IMG/VR virus record: IMGVR_UViG_3300045283_000148
Location: 1 to 52,458 of that record
Length of the DNA: 52,458 nucleotides
DNA from: a virus
Taxonomy: Duplodnaviria; Caudoviricetes
Direction: 5' to 3' (one strand)
Within the stretch, counting starts at the first letter, position 1. Each line of letters opens with the position of its first letter. Positions 34,296-43,936 of the stretch are shown piece after piece. The position numbers were made by a program, and so were the translations under genes. The notes beneath the pieces were generated by a model that had not been told where the DNA came from, did not search any database, and was given only the letters and a program-made list of their open reading frames with translations.

Positions 34296-34772
34296 ATGAC
34301 CATGCCTGCTGTTCAAACTTCTTATAGCGCAACGATGCAGCCTGCCTTTGAAGGCATGACTGGCACCATGCGTGAGGATGATGTCGTTGATACCCGCATC
34401 TGTGAGACCTCGGCCGGGATCGGCTTCGGCCGGGCGGTGTCGGAAGGCACCAACGCTCGCGGTGCCGTGCTCGGTGGTGCCACCAAGTTCATCGGCATCA
34501 CGCTTGCCGATACTACCTTGGTTATTCAATCGGGCCAGACCGTCGACCAGTATCAGCAATACTCCAACATGGCAGTACGGCTCGAGGGCGATGTCTGGGT
34601 GCGTGTCGTTGCGGCCGTCAGCCATGGGTCGCCGGCAACCTACAGTTCGACCACGGGACAGCTCAACCCGGCCTCTGCCGGTGTCGCAATCCCAAACTCG
34701 CGCTACCTCACCTCTGCTGGTGCCGGTGCGCTCGCATTGCTGCAACTCACCGCAGCGGGTCCGGGCGCCTGA
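34296..34772 (+). CDS. Head decoration/cement protein
   Basis: IGFGRAV, F.GIT, G.VWV; lies between DUF2213 and the capsid gene. Confidence 0.8.
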   Translation: MTMPAVQTSYSATMQPAFEGMTGTMREDDVVDTRICETSAGIGFGRAVSEGTNARGAVLGGATKFIGITLADTTLVIQSGQTVDQYQQYSNMAVRLEGDVWVRVVAAVSHGSPATYSSTTGQLNPASAGVAIPNSRYLTSAGAGALALLQLTAAGPGA

Positions 34773-34800
34773 TCCGCCCCGCGAACAGGGAGACACCAAG

Positions 34801-35748
34801 ATGAATTATCAATTCGGCGATGCTGCGCAGATAGCTCTCAGCTTCGTGCAGCAACAGGCGCAGGTGATTGAACCTCAGGTGTATGAGATTCAGTATCCTG
34901 AAATTCAATACCCGAATCTTGTTCCGGTCGATACCTCTGGCAACGAGTGGGCCAAATCGATCGGGTTCTATGCACAGGACAGAGTTGGTCAGGCAGCGTG
35001 GTTCAATCATCTGGCGAACGACGTTCCGTTCGCGGATATCTCACGGCAAAAGTTCGAGCAGGCCATCGAAATGGCTGCGGTCGGCTACTACTGGACGATG
35101 GAAGAAATCGGCCAGCAGCAGATGATCCCCAACATGAATCTGATAGTCGAGCGCGCTGCCGCCGCGCGTCGGGCTTCCGAGGAAATGATCGATAGTATCG
35201 CATTCTTCGGCGATACCACAAAGAACTGGACCGGGCTGACCAATGACGCAAATGTCACGGTCACCAACGCAACGGCAGACGGCACCGGTTCATCGGCATT
35301 GTGGTCAACCAAGACCGCCATCCAGATCGCCCGCGACATCAACCAGATCTTGTCAGGGATCTATACCGCCTCGTTGACTACCGAGACCGCCGATACGCTG
35401 TTGCTGCCACCGGATCGGTTCACCACGCTGGCGGGAACGCTGGTTACCAACACGGCAGTAACCGGACTCCAGCTGGTGACGCAGGGCAATGCTTACACCG
35501 CGCTCACCGGCAATCCACTCACCATTCGCACGGTGCGCGGGCTGGAGACTGCGGGTGCTGGCGGCATTGCCCGCGCCATCGCGTATCGCAACGATGCGCA
35601 GATCCTCAAACTACATCTGCCGATGACGTTCAACTTCCGGCCGGCGATGCAGGTCACAGCGCTCCGGTTCGATGTGCCCGGCATCTTCCGCACCGGCGGC
35701 CTCGAGATCAGGCGTCCGAAGAGTCTGCGATACTTGGATGGAATTTAG
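34801..35748 (+). CDS. DUF2184 major capsid protein
   Basis: YEIQYPEIQYPNLVPV, IAFFGD, RTGGLEIRRP..RYLDGI. Confidence 0.93.
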   Translation: MNYQFGDAAQIALSFVQQQAQVIEPQVYEIQYPEIQYPNLVPVDTSGNEWAKSIGFYAQDRVGQAAWFNHLANDVPFADISRQKFEQAIEMAAVGYYWTMEEIGQQQMIPNMNLIVERAAAARRASEEMIDSIAFFGDTTKNWTGLTNDANVTVTNATADGTGSSALWSTKTAIQIARDINQILSGIYTASLTTETADTLLLPPDRFTTLAGTLVTNTAVTGLQLVTQGNAYTALTGNPLTIRTVRGLETAGAGGIARAIAYRNDAQILKLHLPMTFNFRPAMQVTALRFDVPGIFRTGGLEIRRPKSLRYLDGI

Positions 35749-35787
35749 TGATCCACACGGGAATCACACCAATGAAAGGAGCGTCCC

Positions 35788-36240
35788 ATGGCTGAGCAAA
35801 AGGAAGTTGCGAAGCAGAAGATCAGCGTCAAAAACACCGGCAAGGCCGACAACGTGCTGCACGATGTCGACGGTGGGGCAAAGACTATCGGCCCAGGCCA
35901 AGAGGCCGAGCTCGAGGTCGCGGAGCCGCAGGCAAAGATCCTGCAAGAGGCATCGAAGAAAGGCAGTCCTCTCGTGGTTTCTGGCCACGAGCCCGAAAAA
36001 GAAGAGCCATCCGAGGTCGAGAAGGCAACACCGGAGGAGCACAGCCATCGGGCCGCCTTGGCAAAGAAGGAAGCCGAGGACATGAAGGCGGGTTACGAAG
36101 CCGACAAGGAGCGGCGCGAGAAGGACGAAAAGAGGCTCGGCTCCAAGCGTGCCGCCGAAACCGGTATTCGCTTGTTTGCCCGCGGCGTAGAGCCCGAGGT
36201 CGTGACCGCGCCGCCGGATGCGCCTCCCGAGAAGAAGTAA
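35788..36240 (+). CDS. Charged hypothetical protein after the capsid gene
   Basis: AAGGAG RBS; ORF track. Confidence 0.7.
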   Translation: MAEQKEVAKQKISVKNTGKADNVLHDVDGGAKTIGPGQEAELEVAEPQAKILQEASKKGSPLVVSGHEPEKEEPSEVEKATPEEHSHRAALAKKEAEDMKAGYEADKERREKDEKRLGSKRAAETGIRLFARGVEPEVVTAPPDAPPEKK

Positions 36241-36250
36241 GCGCCTCACA

Positions 36251-36276
36251 AGGGGCGCCCGCTCGCCCCTCTTTCT
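36251..36276 (+). terminator. Probable intrinsic terminator
   Basis: aggggcg-cccgct-cgcccct followed by ctttct. Confidence 0.5.
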
Positions 36277-36305
36277 CACATCACTGAATGCAGGAGGGCT
36301 TCGCT

Positions 36306-36917
36306 ATGGCGAATGCCGTATGGCCGAGATTCAAACAAAGCCTCATGACCGAGGCTGACACCAACAAATCGCTCGATCAGACCGGCTCCAACGCGCCGTT
36401 CGCGGCACTAGTGTCGGCGACTTACACCTACATCTCAACGCATCAGTTCTACAGTTCGCTCGCCGGCGTCGTCGGCACCGACGTCGCCATCACCACGCCT
36501 ACTGTCGTCAACGGCCTGTTCGATGGCGACGACTGCACCTTCACCTCGGTGAGCGGCAGCACGGTGACCGCCATCGTGATCTATCGCAAGAACACCGGCG
36601 CGAATACTACTTGGCGGCTAGTATTGTATGAAGATACAAGTGTTACCGGACTTCCAGTCGTGCCCAACGGCGGCAATATCGTGATTACTTTCAATGCATC
36701 AGGTATATTTCAATTGAGCGACAGTAACACCAAGACGAATATTGTCCAAGTAGGCAAAGCCGGTCGCGCTAATCTATACGAGTTTGCTTATCGAGGCTTC
36801 GAAGACCTGCGTTTTACTGGTCTCATGGCGCAAGAGGTCGAAGAGTATGCGCCGTATGCCGTGCATGAAGTGAACGGCCACAAGGTCGTCAATCTGGGAC
36901 TTGCTCTGGCCGCCTGA
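36306..36917 (+). CDS. Structural protein with C-terminal S74-like intramolecular chaperone domain
   Basis: PNGGNIVITFNASGIF then SDSNTKTNI..LYEFAY..GLMAQEVE..P.AV. Confidence 0.7.
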   Translation: MANAVWPRFKQSLMTEADTNKSLDQTGSNAPFAALVSATYTYISTHQFYSSLAGVVGTDVAITTPTVVNGLFDGDDCTFTSVSGSTVTAIVIYRKNTGANTTWRLVLYEDTSVTGLPVVPNGGNIVITFNASGIFQLSDSNTKTNIVQVGKAGRANLYEFAYRGFEDLRFTGLMAQEVEEYAPYAVHEVNGHKVVNLGLALAA

Positions 36918-36929
36918 CCGCCCGCGCAC

Positions 36930-37247
36930 ATGAATCCCGATCCGTTGATCGGCCTGCCCGAGCAGGAGCGTCTGCTGTTCAATGCCTTCAAGCAGGCATC
37001 GGCCGGCAAGAACGTCGACGCTGTGCTCGGTGCTGCGTTGAACATCGTAATCAATACGATCAGGCAGATGGAGCCCACTCGCGCCCAGGCGGAGGCGCGT
37101 TACGACGCGCTGTTCGGCCGCGCCAAGACGCTCCTGCTCGAACGTAATTATGATTCAGTGACCGGAAGGCGCAGGACAATTTTTCCCTTCGATCAGCAGG
37201 TACGCATGCCTCTTCATTGGGAAGATGATCAAGTCAACACGAGGTAG
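36930..37247 (+). CDS. Hypothetical protein
   Basis: ORF track; operon continuity. Confidence 0.6.
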   Translation: MNPDPLIGLPEQERLLFNAFKQASAGKNVDAVLGAALNIVINTIRQMEPTRAQAEARYDALFGRAKTLLLERNYDSVTGRRRTIFPFDQQVRMPLHWEDDQVNTR

Positions 37248-37252
37248 ACATC

Positions 37253-37690
37253 ATGGCAATCGGCGGCACGACAGAGACGGCAATTCTCGCTCTTATCTTC
37301 AACGCGACGGCGTGGGCCAACTACGCCGACAACGCCGCCGGCACGCCGCAGACGAACATCGCGGTGGCGTTGCACACCGCTGATCCGGGAACAGGCGGCA
37401 CACAGTCGACCAGCGAGGTGGCCTATACTTCCTACGCCCGCGCCAGCGTCGCGCGCACCACGGGCGGCTGGACGATCTCGGGGACGGGTCCTGCAACTTG
37501 CTCGCCGGTTTCCAACATCACCTTTCCAGCGGGCACTGGTGGATCGGGTACGGCGACCAACTTCAGCACCGGCAAGACCGGCGGCGGCGCGACGGCAATT
37601 CTGTGGAGTGGGACTATAACGCCGTCAATTTCCTTGGGGAGCGGGGTCACGCCCGTGTTGACTTCGGCGACCTCTCTCACGCTCTCGTGA
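37253..37690 (+). CDS. Small phage fibre/appendage protein
   Basis: VALHTADPG..GTQSTSEVAYTSYAR..V.R motif. Confidence 0.7.
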   Translation: MAIGGTTETAILALIFNATAWANYADNAAGTPQTNIAVALHTADPGTGGTQSTSEVAYTSYARASVARTTGGWTISGTGPATCSPVSNITFPAGTGGSGTATNFSTGKTGGGATAILWSGTITPSISLGSGVTPVLTSATSLTLS

Positions 37691-37691
37691 C

Positions 37692-38135
37692 ATGAACCAC
37701 GACGCAGAATTCCGGCGCTGTCTGATCGAGCTGGACGTGATCGGAATCTGTGACTTGTGGTTTCATGTTTCGCCAGGATTGCCGCAGCCGAGGAACAACG
37801 ACGAGGCGCTGATCACTTTGCATCACGCGCGCACGCAGGCCGAATCGATACCGGAAAAGCTGCGGTGCTATTCGCATTCATGGTTGCTGGAGCGCGGCCT
37901 GCCATCGGGACTGCCGGATCATCTGAAGCCAAAAGCAGATCGTCTATACCCGCGCCGGGTCGAAGCGGTGGGGGTGGCGGTCATGGCGACATCTGCCGAT
38001 GGCGTCACGCGGGCGCGCGCGATCGAGAGGGCCATGTCCGATGCTGTGGCTGAATGCTACGCGGATGGCGAGCGCGATCCCGAGGTCATCAAGGAGCGGA
38101 TGGCAGAGGCTAGACGAGCGATGGAAGCTCCATAA
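37692..38135 (+). CDS. Hypothetical protein
   Basis: ORF track; operon continuity. Confidence 0.6.
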   Translation: MNHDAEFRRCLIELDVIGICDLWFHVSPGLPQPRNNDEALITLHHARTQAESIPEKLRCYSHSWLLERGLPSGLPDHLKPKADRLYPRRVEAVGVAVMATSADGVTRARAIERAMSDAVAECYADGERDPEVIKERMAEARRAMEAP

Positions 38136-38138
38136 TCC

Positions 38139-39461
38139 ATGGCATCCTATTACGTTTATTCCGGCGCGACGGGTTCAGGCAACGGCAGTAGTTGGGCCAA
38201 TGCGTACACTACGCTGTCGTTGGCGTTCTCCGGCAAGACGGCAGGTGACATATTCTATGTTGCACACGATCATGTGCAGAGCAGCGCATCCTCGTTCACG
38301 CTGACGAGCCCAGGCACCATTACTGCTCCGGTGACGGTGATCTGCGTCAATCGCGCGGGATCGGTCCCTCCTGTGTCAGCCGACCGGCGCACGACAGCGC
38401 AGGTCGCAACAACCGGCGGAACGCAGCTCAGATTTGCCGGATATACCCATTACGATGGCGTCATCTTTACCGCTGCAGATGGTGCCTTCAATGGACTTTT
38501 AATGATCCCGGAAGGGGGCGCCAGTGTATTGACACGCTTTGACAACTGTTCGCTACGGTTGGGCGGAACAGGATCAGGCGGCAGGATATATCTCGGCGCG
38601 CAAGGCGCTGCAACGGGAACTGCAACCGAACTCAACAACACGACAGTGTCGTTTGCTGCCGTAGGCCAAAGTATTGACGTGGCATCGACGCTTAAGTGGC
38701 GCAATACGCCGTCGGCAGTGATAGGGACGGTGCCGACTATCCTGTTCAATTTTTCGGCCTCGAATGGTGGCACTGTCGATTGCATCGGTGTCGATCTGAG
38801 TGCTCTAGGTTCCGGCAAAACCATTGCCGCGGCTGCAATCAGTGCTCGATGCGTACTCAATTTCCTGGATTGCAAGCTTGATGCAGCGGTTACCAAATCA
38901 GGCGTGCCGACCACATATGGCGGAACTGAAACCAATTTCACGCGCTCTGGCTCTGCGGGGGTTAATTATACGGTTTATTGTCAGAGGGTTGCCGGTTCGC
39001 TCGTCGAGGAAACCATCATCGTCCGCACCGGGGGCGCGTCGGACGGCACGACACCGATTGCGTGGAAGGTCGTCACGACCGCAAACTGCACGTATTCGAT
39101 GCCCTTCGAATCTCCCCCGATCGCGATCTGGAACGACACGACTGGCTCGGCCAAAACTGCGACGGTCGAGGGTATCTGGGGCGGCGGCGCGGTGCCGAAC
39201 GACGACGATGTTTGGCTCGATGTGGAATATCTGGGCAGCTCGTCGTCGCCGCAGGGCTTGTTCGTCAATGATGGCAAGGCCGATTTGCTGACGGCCGCCG
39301 CTGGCCAGACCTCGAGCTCGGCAACTTGGGGCGGCTCGACCACCAAGTTCAAGCTCGCGGTAACGTTCACGCCGCAGCAGAAGGGCTTGGTCTACGCGCG
39401 CGTCAAGTGCGGTAAGACATCGTCCACCTTCTACATTGACCCGATGATCACTTTGACATGA
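38139..39461 (+). CDS. Beta-helix-like virion protein
   Basis: YYV.SGATGSGNGSSWANAYTTL..A...AGDIFYV pectin-lyase-type cap. Confidence 0.65.
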   Translation: MASYYVYSGATGSGNGSSWANAYTTLSLAFSGKTAGDIFYVAHDHVQSSASSFTLTSPGTITAPVTVICVNRAGSVPPVSADRRTTAQVATTGGTQLRFAGYTHYDGVIFTAADGAFNGLLMIPEGGASVLTRFDNCSLRLGGTGSGGRIYLGAQGAATGTATELNNTTVSFAAVGQSIDVASTLKWRNTPSAVIGTVPTILFNFSASNGGTVDCIGVDLSALGSGKTIAAAAISARCVLNFLDCKLDAAVTKSGVPTTYGGTETNFTRSGSAGVNYTVYCQRVAGSLVEETIIVRTGGASDGTTPIAWKVVTTANCTYSMPFESPPIAIWNDTTGSAKTATVEGIWGGGAVPNDDDVWLDVEYLGSSSSPQGLFVNDGKADLLTAAAGQTSSSATWGGSTTKFKLAVTFTPQQKGLVYARVKCGKTSSTFYIDPMITLT

Positions 39462-40948
39462 CAGATCGCAACTATATCGTCGGCGTTCCAGCTTCCGTTA
39501 CCGATGGCAGCGGCAAGACCATGCTCGTCGCTGGCTTCGCGAATCTGGGCGAGGTCGATCTTTCGACGGCCCTGTCTGCGTCGTTGGTCACTGACGCAGA
39601 TGCATTCTATGTGCCGAGCGTAACGCCGGGCGCCGTTGCATTGGCGCCTGCGTTATTCAGTGATGCGGATGTGTTTTACACAGCGTCCGTCACGCCAGGC
39701 GCAATTACTCTGGCGCCCGCGGCGTTCAGTGACGCTGACGCATTCTTTGCGCCAAATATTCCGAGTGGTGCCGTCAGTCTCCTGCCCGCGTTGCTGGCTG
39801 ATAACGATAGCATTCTGGCGCCATCGCTTGCCATCATTGCAGTAGCGGTCGGAACTGCCGCCGGCACCGGAACTGCAGCCGCCACCGCTGCGAGAGCTTC
39901 TGTCGGTCTTGCGGCCGGCACAGGCGCTGCTACCGCTCCCGCCGTCGTCACCAAGCAAGCGGTCGGTCGGGCGACCGGCCTCGGCACCGCCTCCGGGCAG
40001 AGCAGCGCCAAAGGCAAGCCCAAGCAGGCGAAGGGTCAAGCGAACGGCACCGGGGCGGCCCGTGCCACCGGCATTCGCGGATCAGCGGGGTTCGCATCCT
40101 CAGCCGGGTCTGGCGACGCCAGTGGGGCCGCGCAGCCGCTTATCACGGTCTACGTGGTGGGGCATGCCTCGGGTGTCGGCCAAGCCTCGGCTGCGTCCAG
40201 GGCGGGTGTAGCGGGCCATGCCAGTGGCTTTGGCGAGGCGTTTGCGACCTATGCCTTCGACGCGGAATCTGACGGCCATGCCATCGGCGGCGGCGACGCC
40301 GTGGCGGTCTGTGCCGCGGCAGCAGCGGGGCAGGCGGATGGTATTGGTGACGCTGTTGCGGCCACCTCGAGCCCGACGGCTGCAGTCGGGAGTGCGGCAG
40401 GAGCCGGCAACGCCATCGGCGGGGCAGCGGGCGCGGTCAGGGCGACAGCCGCCGGTGTGGGTGCAGCGGCGGCCATTGGTACGGCCAACACCGCCGGGGT
40501 TGGTGTTGCCGTTGGATCTGGGGACGCCGCCTCGGTCACCGGTTCGTTGGGCCAGGCCCCGAGCACCGGAGATGCGCTCGGAGTCAGTCCGCCGCTCGGC
40601 TTAGCACCGGCGCTGCTGGTTGATCAGGATGATGTCCCGACACCGGTGGATGTGGGATGGGGGTTATACGGCCAACTGCTCGTCGACGTGGATCTGGTCC
40701 TAAGCCCGCAGGCCAAGACGATCGCCTACCTGTCGCCAGACGTCTTCGTGGAAGAAGACGTCATCGATACCTACCCGTTCTTCATTCAGGCCGTCACCGG
40801 CGGCATTCCAGTCCCGCCACCTTCCGGCGTCTTGACTGGATCGATCAGCTATCCGCGGCGGATGACCGGCACCCTCGACCGTCGACCACGGTTGACGGGA
40901 AGCATAAAGCGCAGCACGCGAGTGCTAACGGGAAGCCTGAAAAGATGA
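39458..40948 (+). CDS. Ala/Gly-rich repeat virion protein
   Basis: L.P.LFSDAD.FY..SVTPGA repeats and G.A.G.G.A repeats. Confidence 0.65.
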   Translation: MTDRNYIVGVPASVTDGSGKTMLVAGFANLGEVDLSTALSASLVTDADAFYVPSVTPGAVALAPALFSDADVFYTASVTPGAITLAPAAFSDADAFFAPNIPSGAVSLLPALLADNDSILAPSLAIIAVAVGTAAGTGTAAATAARASVGLAAGTGAATAPAVVTKQAVGRATGLGTASGQSSAKGKPKQAKGQANGTGAARATGIRGSAGFASSAGSGDASGAAQPLITVYVVGHASGVGQASAASRAGVAGHASGFGEAFATYAFDAESDGHAIGGGDAVAVCAAAAAGQADGIGDAVAATSSPTAAVGSAAGAGNAIGGAAGAVRATAAGVGAAAAIGTANTAGVGVAVGSGDAASVTGSLGQAPSTGDALGVSPPLGLAPALLVDQDDVPTPVDVGWGLYGQLLVDVDLVLSPQAKTIAYLSPDVFVEEDVIDTYPFFIQAVTGGIPVPPPSGVLTGSISYPRRMTGTLDRRPRLTGSIKRSTRVLTGSLKR

Positions 40949-41646
40949 CCGACACCGCCCAAAATTTTAGCCTCTATGTCGGCAATGATACCGATGTGCT
41001 GTTCGACATCGGCCCGGATGATACCGGAATGAATCTGCAATTTGCGCAAAGCCTGACATGGAAAGCTTACGATCAGACCCTCGGCGTGCCTGATATGTCC
41101 ACGACGGTGATCAGCAAGGCGGCAGGTTCCGGCATTACGATCACCGATCCACTGCTGCTCAAGATCACGGTAACACTCAACAATACGGACACCGCTGGGC
41201 TGAACGGTAATTATTATCATGAGATCAAGGTTGTCGACACCGCCGGCAAGGTGACGACCACAACAACTGGTTTTATGACCGTGATCGACCCGGCATCAAT
41301 GCCGAACGTTGCCGCGTTCAAGGCCATGTTTCCCGATCTCGCCAGCAATGACGATACCCTGGTGCAGGTTGCGCTCGATCATGCCTCCCAGTTCGTGGAC
41401 GAGAGCTGGGGATCGTCCGAGGCAAATGCCATCATGTATCTGGCGGCGCATTTCATGTCGACGGCACACGCGACTGCCGACACTGACGGTCGTGTAGTCA
41501 GTTCCGAAACCATTGGCCGTATGTCGATCAGTTACGCCGTCGGATCGGCCACGGGCACCAGCGCCAGTGCGCTCGGGATGTCTCGCTACGGTCTCGTCTT
41601 CAGCAGCCTGCTTGCCTCGCAAGGCTTCGGTATAGCGATTGTGTGA
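40945..41646 (+). CDS. BppU-like N domain fused to DUF4054 head-tail connector
   Basis: DTAGLNGNYYHEIKV; FKAMFP.L...W...AIMYLAAH...S.T.G..SISY...YG. Confidence 0.7.
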   Translation: MTDTAQNFSLYVGNDTDVLFDIGPDDTGMNLQFAQSLTWKAYDQTLGVPDMSTTVISKAAGSGITITDPLLLKITVTLNNTDTAGLNGNYYHEIKVVDTAGKVTTTTTGFMTVIDPASMPNVAAFKAMFPDLASNDDTLVQVALDHASQFVDESWGSSEANAIMYLAAHFMSTAHATADTDGRVVSSETIGRMSISYAVGSATGTSASALGMSRYGLVFSSLLASQGFGIAIV

Positions 41647-41984
41647 TGGCATTCGACTGGGCAGGCCGCCGCGCCACCGCGACCAGGATGATCACCAAGT
41701 ATGGTGCTCGCGCTATCCTGCGCCGAACCAGCGGCGATCGCGACTGCATCGCGTGCATGATCGACTTCATGCCGCGCCCGCATACCGGCGAGCTCCGCAA
41801 TGCGCCCGATCGTATGATCTTGGTGGCGGCAGACGGCCTCGACGTCGCGCCCGATGCCGAGAAGGATCATCTGGTTTGGCAACCTGGAAGCACTGAGGAG
41901 GAGAGCCTGCGGCTGATCGCACCGATCGGCAAGTTCGCCCCGGCGGGGGTAGTGGTTTATTTTGAACTGCAGGCACGGCGATGA
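41646..41984 (+). CDS. Head closure/neck protein
   Basis: ATRMITKYG...PAGVVVYFELQAR. Confidence 0.7.
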   Translation: MAFDWAGRRATATRMITKYGARAILRRTSGDRDCIACMIDFMPRPHTGELRNAPDRMILVAADGLDVAPDAEKDHLVWQPGSTEEESLRLIAPIGKFAPAGVVVYFELQARR

Positions 41985-42457
41985 GCTTCGATAAGCGCGA
42001 GGCAATCCTGCAGCGCATGCTCGCAATCCTCAGCACGATTACCGGCCCGGCGGTGGTTGATGGCCAGGTGAGCATCTTCCGCAATCGCGGCGAGGTGCCG
42101 GTCGAGAAGTTGCCCGCGTTGGTACTGCTCGACGGCCGCGAGGAAATCAGGCTCTCCGCCAGCGGCAAGGGCGGCGCGCTCGCCGCCACGTTGTTCACGC
42201 TGCACCCGCAGGTGTTCGTGGTGCTCAAGCCGCGCGAGGATGTCAACAACGACGGCATCGGTGAGGAACTGTCGGACTATCGCATAAGGCTGCTCAAGGC
42301 GTTCACTAGCGACGACAGCCTGCTGGCCATGCTCGGCAGCAACGGGGAGATTCAATACCTCGGCCACGAAACCGACATGCAAACGGGAAGCACCATGCTC
42401 GGTCAACTGCAGATGCTGTTCTCGCTCACTTATGTGCTTAACCCCAGCGATCTATAA
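41981..42457 (+). CDS. Tail terminator-like protein
   Basis: REAIL..., RNR.E....LPALVLLDG.E; precedes the tail tube gene. Confidence 0.65.
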   Translation: MSFDKREAILQRMLAILSTITGPAVVDGQVSIFRNRGEVPVEKLPALVLLDGREEIRLSASGKGGALAATLFTLHPQVFVVLKPREDVNNDGIGEELSDYRIRLLKAFTSDDSLLAMLGSNGEIQYLGHETDMQTGSTMLGQLQMLFSLTYVLNPSDL

Positions 42458-42469
42458 AGGAGAATTATC

Positions 42470-43270
42470 ATGGCTGGCGTAGTCTCCCCAGACGTCCATA
42501 ATCTAGCAGTCGGCAAGGGTTTTATCCTCTTCAAGCCAGAAGATGCGACGGATTTTTACCACGTTGGTAACGTCCCAACTTTTACATTCACTCCGAAGAT
42601 CACCACGCTGGATCACTTCTCCAGCATGGAGGGCACGCGGCTGAAGGATCTTTCCATCACGCTGGAGAAGTCCGGCGAGATCAAGATGGACATGGAGGAG
42701 TTGACGGCCAGGAACCTCGCCATGCTGGTGCTCGGTGACGTCACCGAGGACACCGATGGCAACCCGGTGGTCAGCATCTTCTCGCGTGATTCGTTGACCG
42801 GCCAGCTCCAGTACTACGCCACCAACGAGGTGGGACCGCGCTGGTATGTCGATCTGCTCAGTGTGACCTTCAATCCGTCGGGCGACTTCTCGCCCATCGG
42901 CGACACCTTCGCCAAGCTGCCGGTGACCGGCACCGTGCAGGCGGTCGATGGCGTGTTCGGCACCATGACGCTCAAGCCCGACGTCAACACGGTCGCGCCC
43001 GAGAGTGTGCTGCCGCCGTTCATCACCGGCACGCCCAAGGTCGGGCAGGTGCTGACCGCCAACATCGGTGGATGGATCGGCGCGCAGAGCTTCACTTACC
43101 TGTGGAAGGTCGGTGGCACCACGCCGGCAGGCACACCGGTCAACCTGAAGACCTTCACTCCGGCGTCAGCCGATGCCACCAAGACGGCCACGGTCACAGT
43201 TACCGCCACCAACGCGAACGGCACGTCACCCCCCGAAGTCAGCGATCCGACGGCCACCATCGCGGCCTGA
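42470..43270 (+). CDS. Major tail tube protein with C-terminal Ig-like domain
   Basis: VGKG..VGNVP.F.F.P...LDHFSS..G.R.KD; PPFITGTPKVGQVLT. Confidence 0.8.
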   Translation: MAGVVSPDVHNLAVGKGFILFKPEDATDFYHVGNVPTFTFTPKITTLDHFSSMEGTRLKDLSITLEKSGEIKMDMEELTARNLAMLVLGDVTEDTDGNPVVSIFSRDSLTGQLQYYATNEVGPRWYVDLLSVTFNPSGDFSPIGDTFAKLPVTGTVQAVDGVFGTMTLKPDVNTVAPESVLPPFITGTPKVGQVLTANIGGWIGAQSFTYLWKVGGTTPAGTPVNLKTFTPASADATKTATVTVTATNANGTSPPEVSDPTATIAA

Positions 43271-43287
43271 AAACAGGAGTTAGAAAT

Positions 43288-43797
43288 ATGACCAGCCTTC
43301 TCGACATCGGTCCTCTGACCGAGGAAGTGGAAATCCGCGGCACCAAGATCACGGTGCAGGGCCTGACAGCCGGGCATATCTTCCAACTGTTCTCCGAATA
43401 CCCCGACATGCGCAAGATGTTTGAGACCGGTACGGATGCCAGTCCGCAATCGGTCATGCTTGCGCTTGCGCCCGATCTGATCGCCAGAATCATCAGCATC
43501 GCGACGGGATCGCCCGGTGATCCGGCGGTTGAGGCCAAGGCCAAGACGATGGGCGCCGCCGATCAACTGGCTATCGTTTCGGCAGTGCAGCGGCTGTCGT
43601 TCAAGGATGGGATTGGCCCTTTTATCGAACAGATCAGCAGCCTGATGGGCGCGGCGATGCCGATGCCGACAGAACTGGAAGAGAAAGTCGCGCAAACCTA
43701 CAAAGATACGGTGAAGAAATTGCGTTCTCAATCCAATGCCTCATTGCAAACGGACACTCCAGGGATGCTGCGTGGGCCAGCACACCGCGCCAACTAG
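43288..43797 (+). CDS. Tail assembly chaperone (gpG-like)
   Basis: Between tail tube and tape measure genes; overlapped by a -1 frame ORF ending at 43940. Confidence 0.75.
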   Translation: MTSLLDIGPLTEEVEIRGTKITVQGLTAGHIFQLFSEYPDMRKMFETGTDASPQSVMLALAPDLIARIISIATGSPGDPAVEAKAKTMGAADQLAIVSAVQRLSFKDGIGPFIEQISSLMGAAMPMPTELEEKVAQTYKDTVKKLRSQSNASLQTDTPGMLRGPAHRAN

Positions 43798-43936
43798 ACG
43801 CATGGTGTCAGTTGATCGAACGCGAGCGTAGTCTGCGGTTGGCGCAGGAGTTCAGCAATTTGCGCTATGCGCAGGCCGAGGGCGAGCACGCGCGCAATCA
43901 TCATGACGGACTGGTGGCGCTCGCGAAGGGCGGACG

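Noticed and set aside
34372-34800. Long N-terminal extension of the capsid ORF
   Set aside because: It overlaps the decoration gene; a GGGAG RBS supports ATG 34801
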